A stretch of 64,000 bases of DNA. Origin: a virus (lineage: Duplodnaviria > Caudoviricetes). Under the pieces are notes generated by a model. It did not search any database. It saw nothing but the letters and a program-made list of their open reading frames with translations, and was not told the DNA's origin. This document shows positions 8,436 to 17,008 of the stretch, piece after piece. Within the stretch, counting starts at the first letter, position 1, and each line of letters opens with the position of its first letter. A program made the translations under genes and the position numbers. The stretch is from the IMG/VR virus record IMGVR_UViG_3300030104_006170. One strand, given 5' to 3'.

Positions 8436-9433
8436 CTAAAATTTTCTTTTGTTTTTAAATTCATTAGTAACTCTTCTTCCTCTTTTGTTAATGAATTAGG
8501 TATTTTAACTTGTGGTTTAATTATTAAGTCCCCCTTACCTCTTTGAGAATTCATTCCTTTACCCCTTACATTAAAACTTTCGGTAACTTTACTAAGTGGT
8601 GGTATTTTTGCTTTTAGAGGTCCACTAAAATGTGGTATTTCTAAATCTGTACCCAATAACATGTCTATTATTGGTATTTCCACATCATATACCAAGTCTC
8701 TATCTAAAACTTTAAAGTGGGGATGTCTTGCAATTACTACTTGTATATTTAAATCACCTGGGATACCACCATCAATTTCATCCCCGTGATTTCTAATAGT
8801 GAACACTTGACCTGTCATTAAGTCCACAGGGATTCTAAAGTCTACAGTTTGAGGTTGTTTAGTTTGGCCTATACCACCACAACCACCACAAGCTTCAACT
8901 ACTATTTTACCAGACCCATTACATTGGGGGCATTGTTCCCTTTGGATTTGTCTAAAAAAAGCATTACCTACGGCTTTTTCTACAAACCCCCTTCCCTTAC
9001 ACATATTACACGGGTGTGAGTTACCACCACTACCTCTACAAGTTGTACAATTTACCTGTCTATTATATCTTAATTTTTTAATTTCACCAAAAAATACATC
9101 TTCTAAGGTGACAGTTAACGGTATATTTAAACTTCTACCCTTTTTTTGTTGTCTTTGTTGTTGTCTCCCACCAAAAAATTGATTGAATATGTCGTCCATG
9201 TTTGGACCCCCTCCCTGTCTACCATGAAATGGATTATTTAATTTATTATCATACTCCGCACGTTTACCACCATCACCTAAAGTATCGTAAGCTTCGGATA
9301 GTTCTTTAAATGTATTTTCATCACCACCTTTATCTGGATGATGAGTTTTGGATAATTTCCTAAATGCCTTTTTTATCTCATCTTGAGTGGCATTTCTATT
9401 GATATTTAGAGTTTTGTAATAATCTTTATTCAT
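8432..9433 (-). CDS. dnaJ: DnaJ (Hsp40) chaperone, class I
   Basis: J-domain with HPD, G/F-rich linker, four CxxCxGxG repeats, DnaJ C-terminal domain (GDLNIQV, GKGM, GDLII). Confidence 0.95.
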   Translation of the reverse strand: MNKDYYKTLNINRNATQDEIKKAFRKLSKTHHPDKGGDENTFKELSEAYDTLGDGGKRAEYDNKLNNPFHGRQGGGPNMDDIFNQFFGGRQQQRQQKKGRSLNIPLTVTLEDVFFGEIKKLRYNRQVNCTTCRGSGGNSHPCNMCKGRGFVEKAVGNAFFRQIQREQCPQCNGSGKIVVEACGGCGGIGQTKQPQTVDFRIPVDLMTGQVFTIRNHGDEIDGGIPGDLNIQVVIARHPHFKVLDRDLVYDVEIPIIDMLLGTDLEIPHFSGPLKAKIPPLSKVTESFNVRGKGMNSQRGKGDLIIKPQVKIPNSLTKEEEELLMNLKTKENFS

Positions 9434-10069
9434 ATGGTTTACGATAGAAATAAATATAAAATTGTTTTATTTAAAAATGGTGAAAGAAATAAAGTTTTAT
9501 TTTCTTCCAACAGTAAAAAAAGTATCTTAAAGAAATATACTAAATTTATTGAAGAAAAAAAGCCTAAATTCGTAATGGAATATATTTCACGTAAAAAAGT
9601 TATGTTTGAGCTTGCCGTTGTAACCAAAGAGTCCACAACTGATAGTTTATATGTTAAAGATTCTGTTGGTAGAACAAGAGAGATTACTCTAGGTGATTCT
9701 GATTATAGATTTATAAAAATGTTACCTTACTGGAAAGAGGAAAAGATATATGACCATACCTCCCAAACTAAAATTAATTTTGTCACTTTAATGAAAAATT
9801 ATTTAGAGGATAAAGAATTTAAACAAGTTTTTACCCTAAATAATAAAGTTATAATTCAAAAAGACAGTAACTTCAATGTTTTTAGTTTAAAAACAGTTTC
9901 AGACGCTCTTAGATTATTAACTGTAATAGAGTTAGAGTTTTTAAATGATGGTCGTTATGATTGTTTATTTGTAACTGATAACAGTACTGTTCAAAGAAAA
10001 CAGTTATATAATTTACTAGAATCTGTTGGTTATAAGCGAGAATTTTTAAGAAAACAGTATACTTATTAA
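9434..10069 (+). CDS. Hypothetical protein
   Basis: 211-aa ORF filling the gap between minus-strand genes; divergent from dnaJ with no intergenic space. Confidence 0.8.
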   Translation: MVYDRNKYKIVLFKNGERNKVLFSSNSKKSILKKYTKFIEEKKPKFVMEYISRKKVMFELAVVTKESTTDSLYVKDSVGRTREITLGDSDYRFIKMLPYWKEEKIYDHTSQTKINFVTLMKNYLEDKEFKQVFTLNNKVIIQKDSNFNVFSLKTVSDALRLLTVIELEFLNDGRYDCLFVTDNSTVQRKQLYNLLESVGYKREFLRKQYTY

Positions 10070-10299
10070 TCTTTAATAAAAATAAATTCTACGTCATTAA
10101 TATCTATTGATAGTTTATTTTGGTTTCTATCTACTTTTATTCTAACGTAGTCTTCTATTTCTGATAATATTTCTAAAAATTGACTACCTTTTATGTGTAA
10201 TTTAATTTGTGTGGTATTGACGTAGGGATTTAACTTTAAATTTTCAGCAATTGTTGCACAGTCTTCTAGAATTTTAGACTGTTTTTGATTTTGTTCCAT
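10066..10299 (-). CDS. Hypothetical protein
   Basis: 77-aa tiling ORF. Confidence 0.65.
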   Translation of the reverse strand: MEQNQKQSKILEDCATIAENLKLNPYVNTTQIKLHIKGSQFLEILSEIEDYVRIKVDRNQNKLSIDINDVEFIFIKD

Positions 10300-10475
10300 A
10301 TCCCTTTATTTTCTTTATTTTCTAAGTTTTCTTCGGTTTTGGTGTATCTATTTACCACTTCCTGGACACTAGTTTTTTTTATTTCCTCTATTATTTTTTT
10401 CTTATGTTGTAGGATTTCCTTCTGGTCCTTCGAGACTTCCCGACGGAACCATTCCTCTATTTTGTTCTTCTCCAT
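10266..10475 (-). CDS. Hypothetical coiled-coil protein
   Basis: 69-aa ORF overlapping both neighbours in different frames. Confidence 0.6.
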   Translation of the reverse strand: MEKNKIEEWFRREVSKDQKEILQHKKKIIEEIKKTSVQEVVNRYTKTEENLENKENKGIWNKIKNSLKF

Positions 10476-10857
10476 TTAAATTAATTTTATTAAAATCAAA
10501 GTTTAATTTTCTTAAAGAATCTACTGGATTTTCTGCAAATACTTTTTTTAATTCTAACATTTTCAACTCTAAAAGATTATTTTTTTCCTCCACATCTGTA
10601 TTCCATTTAATAACAGCTTTTATTTCCTCTATTAAAACATTACAGTCTTCTTCCGTAAACACACTAAAAAAAGAAACTAGTTTATGTGTTTCATTACTAT
10701 TCCCCGGTTTAATTTGTATTTTACTACCTCTACTAGTTATAATCTTCTGGTCTTCCCAATCTATAGGTATTTTTAAATCTACAACAACAAAATTTTCATG
10801 CATTCTAATACTATTAAAAGTATCCCCAAAAATTGATATTTGTTTGTATAGTGTCAT
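10402..10857 (-). CDS. Hypothetical protein
   Basis: 151-aa tiling ORF. Confidence 0.75.
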   Translation of the reverse strand: MTLYKQISIFGDTFNSIRMHENFVVVDLKIPIDWEDQKIITSRGSKIQIKPGNSNETHKLVSFFSVFTEEDCNVLIEEIKAVIKWNTDVEEKNNLLELKMLELKKVFAENPVDSLRKLNFDFNKINLNGEEQNRGMVPSGSLEGPEGNPTT

Positions 10858-11037
10858 TTAATTTATTATATATGTTATAGTGTAAGCTACACTTACCCCC
10901 AGTAATAAAGCTTCCTGGTATGGTAAATTATAAGTTGTTGGTTCATCCGCATATAGTTTTCTTATTAACATAATAATATTCCTCACTATAACTAATAAGG
11001 AAAATATAAAAAGAAATGTGAATATCCAATGTTCCAT
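10858..11037 (-). CDS. Small two-helix membrane protein (59 aa)
   Basis: Below the track cutoff; hand translation MEHWIFTFLFIFSLLVIVRNIIMLIRKLYADEPTTYNLPYQEALLLGVSVAYTITYIIN*. It abuts both neighbours exactly. Confidence 0.75.
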   Translation of the reverse strand: MEHWIFTFLFIFSLLVIVRNIIMLIRKLYADEPTTYNLPYQEALLLGVSVAYTITYIIN

Positions 11038-11211
11038 TTATTTTTTACTTTCTTCTAGAATTTCTTTTCTTAGAGTTTGTAATACTGATTTTAATTCTTG
11101 TGCTGATTTTCTAGCTCTAATACCTGCACTTTTATTTTTTTTATCAAAAAATTTTTCAGCGTCTACTTTAATAGATGTTACTAGTGTTTCTAATTGTGTT
11201 AATGTTTCCAT
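11038..11211 (-). CDS. Histone H1-like nucleoid protein, Hc1 family (Bacteroidota type)
   Basis: METLTQLETLVTSIKVDAEKFFDKKNKSAGIRARKSAQELKSVLQTLRKEILE; the (G/K)NKxAGxRARK motif is typical of this family. Confidence 0.8.
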   Translation of the reverse strand: METLTQLETLVTSIKVDAEKFFDKKNKSAGIRARKSAQELKSVLQTLRKEILEESKK

Positions 11212-11212
11212 A

Positions 11213-11425
11213 TTATTCTTCTTTATTTTCTTTTTCATTTTGTTGGTATGATTCCCAAGTTACAAAACTTTGGTTTACCATTGTTAATTTATTTATGAGG
11301 TCTAATGATTTTTCTAGTTTATCTTCGATGCTCATATCTTGTACATTAAGAATCCTTTCTAATTCAGATTCTAACTTTTGTTTTTGTACTATTAATTCAT
11401 TATTTATGATATTAATTATTCTCAT
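11213..11425 (-). CDS. Hypothetical coiled-coil protein
   Basis: 70-aa ORF with a near-consensus promoter upstream. Confidence 0.7.
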   Translation of the reverse strand: MRIINIINNELIVQKQKLESELERILNVQDMSIEDKLEKSLDLINKLTMVNQSFVTWESYQQNEKENKEE

Positions 11426-11460
11426 GTTTTAATTTTAGTCAATTATTATTTAACTGTCAA
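11426..11460 (-). promoter_or_regulatory. Class I promoter TTGACA-N17-TAAAAT-N6-ATG
   Basis: Perfect sigma70 -35 box, 17-nt spacer, one-mismatch -10 box, ATG 6 nt downstream. Confidence 0.7.
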
Positions 11461-11925
11461 GCTTTCATTTAATAATACATATACCTCATATAACATATCC
11501 AGTTCAGACTTGGTTTTAGATGTATGTAATATAAAAAGTATAGTTAAAAAATATCTTAATTTTTCTAGGTGTTCATCATTTTTATTATTATAGAAAGATT
11601 CGTAAAAAAAATGGAAAAAATAGTCGTAGTGTGTACCTTCAGTGTTAAATATTATATTCTCTTTTTTAAAGTTATTTATAGTTTTTTCCCAACACCAGTT
11701 AAAGTGTCCTGTGATTTCCTCATCAGTTTTTATAACATCAACACCTAAGTAGGTATCTTCTACCAGATTGTATAATGAATTTAAATAATCACCAAATAAA
11801 CTTACTTTAGAAACATTAATATTATGTGCCTTAACCCATAAATTCATATCTTCGCGGCTTAATGGTTGAGTCACGTATTTAAAAAATTGTTCTGGCAATA
11901 ATCGTCTTCTTTCCATATCTTCCAT
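11446..11925 (-). CDS. Hypothetical protein
   Basis: Start at 11925 (MEDMERRR) preferred over 11994: it avoids overlap with the upstream gene and follows TTTCCT-N17-TATCTT-N7. Confidence 0.75.
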   Translation of the reverse strand: MEDMERRRLLPEQFFKYVTQPLSREDMNLWVKAHNINVSKVSLFGDYLNSLYNLVEDTYLGVDVIKTDEEITGHFNWCWEKTINNFKKENIIFNTEGTHYDYFFHFFYESFYNNKNDEHLEKLRYFLTILFILHTSKTKSELDMLYEVYVLLNESLTVK

Positions 11926-11966
11926 AGTTTTAAAGATAGGTACTGAGATTACTAGAGGAAATAGTG

Positions 11967-12917
11967 TTATTGTGTTTTTTTGTTGTAAGACCACAATTTT
12001 TTCATTGTATCCATATCTTTGTTAACACCTTCTTTCACTTGTTTTACTTTTTGCACATCTGGTGTATAACCTCGTAAATTAGTCATAGAAGCTTTTTCAT
12101 CTGCTATTTTTTCCGCTCTTCTTTTTTTAGATTTTAACATTTTTTCACCTAAGTCACTTGGTACTACATTACCTAGAGCTACACCCTCATCATCAGTTTG
12201 TGCGTTTCCTGTTTCACTCGAACCCTCTAAATATTTAGTCAGTCTTTCCATGTTTTGATTATTTACATCAAAATCTATTAATCCTGGATACGCAAAATCA
12301 TCAATAAATTCTTGGTCTTCATCATTATTTCTATAATATTGGTATTGTCCGTCAGCGTTAGTTTTTGACATTTCTTGGTGTGGGAAAGCTGGACTTTCAT
12401 TACCTTCAAAAGTTTCGTACTCTTTGAATTTTTTGTCGGTTTCTTTCATCGCTGCGTCATTTTCTTTTTTAGATTTTTTAACAGCCTTTTCATAAGTGTC
12501 GTAACCTGGATGTCTTTTTACATTCTTAGCTTCTTCTAATTTATTTTTTAATTTTTTACTTACTAGTTTTTTAATTGTGTCTGTAGTTGTTTCATTTACT
12601 TCTTTTTTAGTGTCTATCACTTCTTCTGTTGGTTTTATAACGTCTTTAATCATACCATCAATAGTATTTTCCAAAACCATTTTTTCTGCCATCTCATCAG
12701 CAACTGCTTTTAAAGATTCCTCAATAACAGATTCCATTGTTTCATTCCCTACTTCATTAGTTCTTCCTTTTCTGAAGTTTTTTCTATCTTCTTCTATTTC
12801 CATAGCTTTCATTTCTACCCCTTTATTATCTCTAGCTAATGTATGGTTTTCACCAATTCTTTTAACTGCTTTACTGATTATTTTATCTAAATCCGGATTT
12901 TGTGCTAATATTGACAT
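11967..12917 (-). CDS. Highly charged protein; probable head/internal or scaffold-type virion protein
   Basis: E/K-rich and low complexity, preceded by ATATTTATA. Function inferred only. Confidence 0.55.
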   Translation of the reverse strand: MSILAQNPDLDKIISKAVKRIGENHTLARDNKGVEMKAMEIEEDRKNFRKGRTNEVGNETMESVIEESLKAVADEMAEKMVLENTIDGMIKDVIKPTEEVIDTKKEVNETTTDTIKKLVSKKLKNKLEEAKNVKRHPGYDTYEKAVKKSKKENDAAMKETDKKFKEYETFEGNESPAFPHQEMSKTNADGQYQYYRNNDEDQEFIDDFAYPGLIDFDVNNQNMERLTKYLEGSSETGNAQTDDEGVALGNVVPSDLGEKMLKSKKRRAEKIADEKASMTNLRGYTPDVQKVKQVKEGVNKDMDTMKKLWSYNKKTQ

Positions 12918-12930
12918 AATTTCTTTTTAT

Positions 12931-12939
12931 TATAAATAT
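12931..12939 (-). promoter_or_regulatory. ATATTTATA motif (class II)
   Basis: 13 nt upstream of the ATG at 12917. Confidence 0.45.
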
Positions 12940-12943
12940 CTAT

Positions 12944-13612
12944 TTATTCGTATTTTCCACCAACATTTGACCCCATAGTATATATTTGTCCTATTGGTGT
13001 GTTCATTTTACCTGTCCCAACTAAACTAGTTATGGGAGATTTATAGATACTTCTTCTTATAATCTCTTCTATTTCTTTCTTAACTAGTTCTTTTATGTAA
13101 GTTTTATCTTTACCTGTTTTTTTTGCTACTTCAGTTATCGCAGCTTTAACCATTTTATTATCCGTTAATTCTAAAGCGTTAATATCACCCTGGTTACAAT
13201 AAGGAAAAGTACTACATTTTTTCTTTACTTTTACAAATTTTCCTCCTGGCCATTGTGTTTTTGCTTTTCCTCTCCAGTTTTTTTCATCTTTTGCCCACAT
13301 TTGTGGTGTGACATATGCACCAGAACTTGCAGCTGTAGTTGCTTCATCAAATTCTTCTTGTTTCTTCTTTTTTTTCTTTTTCTCCCCGGCAAATCTAGGG
13401 TCAAACCCCATAGGTGCCACAAAAGCTCCAGCACTTGCTGCGGTAGTCGCTTCATCCATTTCTTCTTCTTTGGTTTTACTCCATTCCTCATGAGTCATTT
13501 CTGGATGAATTTTTTCACAATCATGGTCTTCATCTAAAATAGCTTTATATCCCATAGGGTCTTTACTTATTGCTTTTTTTAATGCTTTTTCAAAGTTATT
13601 TTTTATCCCCAT
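12944..13612 (-). CDS. Charged protein with duplicated DEATTAASxGA motif; probable processed virion protein
   Basis: EEMDEATTAASAGAFVAP and EEFDEATTAASSGAYVTP, separated by a poly-Lys run. Confidence 0.6.
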   Translation of the reverse strand: MGIKNNFEKALKKAISKDPMGYKAILDEDHDCEKIHPEMTHEEWSKTKEEEMDEATTAASAGAFVAPMGFDPRFAGEKKKKKKKQEEFDEATTAASSGAYVTPQMWAKDEKNWRGKAKTQWPGGKFVKVKKKCSTFPYCNQGDINALELTDNKMVKAAITEVAKKTGKDKTYIKELVKKEIEEIIRRSIYKSPITSLVGTGKMNTPIGQIYTMGSNVGGKYE

Positions 13613-13854
13613 TATTTTACTCTTTTAATTTCTGATTGCCACATACTACGTCTAAACCAGAATGTTTTATATAATTCTAACATTACCTTACTAACTATAT
13701 CTACGATTTCTGCCCTAGTATTTCTTCCTTTTTTAATTTCATCCGCTACAACTTTTTGTACCTCGTTTTTAAACTGGGGTTTATTCATGAAATCTTTTAT
13801 CTCTTTACGAGCGATTCTTTCGATTTCTCTTTTATCTGTGTTAGTTAATGCCAT
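13612..13854 (-). CDS. Hypothetical protein
   Basis: 80-aa ORF preceded by TATTTATA (13859-13866). Confidence 0.75.
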   Translation of the reverse strand: MALTNTDKREIERIARKEIKDFMNKPQFKNEVQKVVADEIKKGRNTRAEIVDIVSKVMLELYKTFWFRRSMWQSEIKRVK

Positions 13855-13866
13855 ATACTATAAATA

Positions 13867-14241
13867 CTACTTAACGTTGGATACGACCCAAGAAGCAGTA
13901 ACAATTGTTGCAGCACCTAAAAAGAAGTGAACTACAGGTTTATTATACCATTTAGGTTGTAATTCTTTTGTCAAATCTATATATAAATCTATTCTTTGAT
14001 TTAAGAGGTTTGTTTTCTCACCCATAAAAGCTATATGTAAACTATCTTGGGTGTGTAATGTTTTGTAATTTACTAGTTGTGTTTTAAGTAACTTAATTTC
14101 TAATTTCTGTAAACTATCGGTTTGTTCATAAACCTGGAATAAGGAGTCCATTTCAATTACTTCTTTTTCTGTAAAAGTGTGGGTTTGTGATAGTGCCCAT
14201 ACTGGAGTAAACAATAGTAGTATTATTATTAGTTTTTTCAT
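13867..14241 (-). CDS. Secreted/periplasmic coiled-coil protein with C-terminal membrane anchor (spanin-like candidate)
   Basis: Signal peptide MKKLIIILLLFTPVWALS-Q, heptad repeats, C-terminal hydrophobic VVHFFLGAATIVTASWVV. Confidence 0.6.
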   Translation of the reverse strand: MKKLIIILLLFTPVWALSQTHTFTEKEVIEMDSLFQVYEQTDSLQKLEIKLLKTQLVNYKTLHTQDSLHIAFMGEKTNLLNQRIDLYIDLTKELQPKWYNKPVVHFFLGAATIVTASWVVSNVK

Positions 14242-14549
14242 TTTTTAAGTCTATTTTTTAAGGAATTAGTTGCCTGTTTTCCTGTTTTCTTTTTAACTAC
14301 CGGTTTTTTAGTTTTAAGTTCTTTGAGTTCTTTATCTGTATCCGCAATCTTTTTCTTTGTCTTCTTCTTTTTCTTTTTTACATTCTCTATTTTTTTATCA
14401 ACTTCTTTGGTTTTCTTCTCGTTAGATTTAATATTTCTTTTAATCTTTTTAACTTTTTTACTACTGTTAGCGTTCATGAACCAAACAAACCCTATAAAGA
14501 ATCCAATGATACCAACTATAAATTTCCATGATTTTTTTAAAAATTCCAT
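14238..14549 (-). CDS. N-terminally anchored, Lys-rich coiled-coil membrane protein (i-spanin-like candidate)
   Basis: TM segment FIVGIIGFFIGFVWFM followed by a basic coiled coil; 4-bp overlap with the next gene. Confidence 0.6.
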   Translation of the reverse strand: MEFLKKSWKFIVGIIGFFIGFVWFMNANSSKKVKKIKRNIKSNEKKTKEVDKKIENVKKKKKKTKKKIADTDKELKELKTKKPVVKKKTGKQATNSLKNRLKK

Positions 14550-14550
14550 A

Positions 14551-15090
14551 TTACTCGTTTTCTTCCTCCATCTTTTTAGTTGATTTTCTATCAGCTAATA
14601 CAGCTGCCCATTTTGCAGAAAAAATCTGATAATAATCTTTTAACTTATTAAGCATTTCTAATGCTTCACTATCTATTTTAACCATACTTCCAGTTATATA
14701 AACACCATTTTCTTCACCTACACTGTAAAAAAATTCAGTATCAAACTTAACTAAAACACCAGACCACTCTACGTTATTATCATATATATTTAAAGCGTTA
14801 TAGTCTACTAAATCAGAAACTTGTTCTATGAAGTCATCCATAGTTTCTTGGTAGGTATTTTTTTCTTCGTCCGTTAAAGTTATGTCTGAAGTGGTGTATC
14901 CATGAACAATAATTTTTCCACTAGATACGTCATATTCTTTGGTTTTTTCTTCTTCCCTATCTAAAGTAATATCTTCAATATCTGTGACTTGTTCAGTTAA
15001 CCTTCTAGATTTGTTTAATAAAGATTTCATTTCGTCGTATCTATTATTAGTATACTCGGTATAATCTTTTATGTTATTTATTTTTTTCAT
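14551..15090 (-). CDS. Hypothetical acidic protein
   Basis: 179-aa tiling ORF. Confidence 0.75.
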   Translation of the reverse strand: MKKINNIKDYTEYTNNRYDEMKSLLNKSRRLTEQVTDIEDITLDREEEKTKEYDVSSGKIIVHGYTTSDITLTDEEKNTYQETMDDFIEQVSDLVDYNALNIYDNNVEWSGVLVKFDTEFFYSVGEENGVYITGSMVKIDSEALEMLNKLKDYYQIFSAKWAAVLADRKSTKKMEEENE

Positions 15091-15641
15091 AATATTTCAA
15101 AATTAAATGATGGGTTTATGTCTGTCCAATATTCATTATAATTACTTCTAGATACTATACCTTTAAAATTTTCTATACCATCAACTAAAACGTTGTGACC
15201 TATAAATTCATTAGGTATATTTTTATTTTTACATATTTTATCTATTAGTTTTTTAGTTGTTTCTATTTGTTTATCAGTATATTTATCCCAAAATAGTTTA
15301 TTTCTCCATTTTTTAGAGAATGTTTTACTACTATAAATATCCCCCAACCAATCAACATACTTACCGTCAGTACTTCTTCTTTTTAACCAACCCCTATTTT
15401 CTAAACACACTACAATAACACCCTGGTTTCTATAACCAAATAGATAGTGTTTAGAGACATCTTTGTCCGTTGGTGTATGAATTTCACCTTTTTTATCTAT
15501 TATATAATTTGGTATTTTTTCGTATTTGCCGTTATTTCTAAATTTTAGTCCCTTTAAGTAATTTTTAATGTCTCTATTAGTATTACATAACAGTATTTGA
15601 TTTATTTTATCTTCCCTTATATCTAAGTGTTTTGTTGTCAT
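15087..15641 (-). CDS. N-acetylmuramoyl-L-alanine amidase-like (Amidase_2) protein with a divergent active site
   Basis: PNYIIDKKGEI, IVVCLENRG, YTDKQIETTKKLI...IP, IGHN, TDINP. The usual HHT motif reads CNT. Confidence 0.65.
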   Translation of the reverse strand: MTTKHLDIREDKINQILLCNTNRDIKNYLKGLKFRNNGKYEKIPNYIIDKKGEIHTPTDKDVSKHYLFGYRNQGVIVVCLENRGWLKRRSTDGKYVDWLGDIYSSKTFSKKWRNKLFWDKYTDKQIETTKKLIDKICKNKNIPNEFIGHNVLVDGIENFKGIVSRSNYNEYWTDINPSFNFEIL

Positions 15642-16986
15642 CTTCCTGTTCTTTTTTACTAATATTAAGTGCTTCTGCTAATTTTTCAAGTTCTTTTTCA
15701 GTAGGATTTATTGGTTTTACTTCTTCAATTATTTCATTTTTACCTACTTCTTTACTTAAAGCTATTAGTTCTTCTTCTTCTAAATCATCATTACTTTTAA
15801 TAACCCTCACATCTTTTTTACTGTCTACTATTAAAGTTTGTGTGGTGTCTGTTAATCTATCTAATGAGATATCTGTCTCGTCGTAATGTAAACCATCATT
15901 ACCATTTTGACCTATGATATTCATTCTTTGTTCATCTATATCCATCTGTTTTTCTTCTGATGTATAATTTAGATAATTTTCTAAGTCTTCAAAGTATTGG
16001 TCATCTATAACTTCCTGTTCAAATAGTTCTTCCTCTTTAGTTTCATCTTTTTTATCTTGTCTTGCAAAAGCTTCTGACACTTCTTCCATGGTATATGGTG
16101 TGTCAAATTCTAAACCGTCTGGTTTTGACATTTTTACATCTTTAGGGTCAATCCCACTGGTTTGGACTATGAATTCTTCTTTTTTTGGTTTTATTTGTGC
16201 AAATGCGAAATTCGCTGCTACAACTAATGCGATTGCTAGTGGGTCAAATACAAATATAATTAATAATAAAAACCAATTAACTACCTCATTCATTGGTTTA
16301 CCGGTAGTTTCCGCTAAGTATTTTAAAGGCCCTAATTCTCTTTCAGCTTCGTTACTAACTTCTTTATCTAACAATAATACATCAGTTGAATTTATAGAAT
16401 CAAGAACAGCTTCTAATTTTATGTTAATCCCATCTCTATCTTTTATTGTGTTTTCTAATTCTTTTTGTAAAGCTCGTCTTGTAGAACTAGAAGTTGTTGT
16501 AATTACCTGTTCAGCCTCTTTATCATAATACGATACTGAACTTGGGTTTGATAAGGATATTCTTAGTTCTGAGATTGATTGGTTTAATTGTGTTTTTTCG
16601 AGTGTTAAATCCGTTTTTTGTTCTTCAAACCTAATTTGTTTTTGGTTTATTATTGCTAATGATTTATCTAACAGCTCAGATTTAGTAGCTGTCTCTTGAT
16701 ATGCTCCGGATAGAAATCCATATATACCACCACTCGTAATTAAGATAAGTATAAAACAGGCTAATGAAAGATATATTTTTAAAGCTCTGTTAATTGTGTC
16801 CCAGTATTGATATAGGAGTGAAGCTACTACAAGTTTTGCGAATTCTAGTGAACCTGCCATTATTATTACTTGGGTGGAAGCTCCGGCGAATAGTTTACTT
16901 AATCCAAACACTGAATAGAAGGCTGCTGAACCAGATACTGCCAATGCAGATAACGCAATTAATAACGGAAAAAGTCTTTTTTTCAT
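15607..16986 (-). CDS. Multi-pass membrane protein with a long coiled coil (large-myovirus conserved type)
   Basis: Three N-terminal TM segments (AAFYSVFGLSKLF...SLEFAKLV), coiled coil, ELGPLKYLA, a further TM (WFLLLIIFVFDPLAIALVVAA), acidic tail. Confidence 0.7.
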   Translation of the reverse strand: MKKRLFPLLIALSALAVSGSAAFYSVFGLSKLFAGASTQVIIMAGSLEFAKLVVASLLYQYWDTINRALKIYLSLACFILILITSGGIYGFLSGAYQETATKSELLDKSLAIINQKQIRFEEQKTDLTLEKTQLNQSISELRISLSNPSSVSYYDKEAEQVITTTSSSTRRALQKELENTIKDRDGINIKLEAVLDSINSTDVLLLDKEVSNEAERELGPLKYLAETTGKPMNEVVNWFLLLIIFVFDPLAIALVVAANFAFAQIKPKKEEFIVQTSGIDPKDVKMSKPDGLEFDTPYTMEEVSEAFARQDKKDETKEEELFEQEVIDDQYFEDLENYLNYTSEEKQMDIDEQRMNIIGQNGNDGLHYDETDISLDRLTDTTQTLIVDSKKDVRVIKSNDDLEEEELIALSKEVGKNEIIEEVKPINPTEKELEKLAEALNISKKEQEDDNKTLRYKGR

Positions 16987-17000
16987 TTTTATCTTTATTG

Positions 17001-17008
17001 ATAAATAT
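17001..17008 (-). promoter_or_regulatory. ATATTTAT motif (class II)
   Basis: Overlaps the sigma-factor stop codon, 14 nt upstream of the ATG at 16986. Confidence 0.45.

Noticed and set aside
984-11994. Longer upstream starts given in the track (2495, 3270, 5593, 8181, 11238, 11994)
   Set aside because: They overlap upstream genes, promoter motifs or the hairpin. Downstream starts (2429, 3240, 5587, 8199, 11211, 11925) fit the shared leader, family alignment or promoter spacing better.
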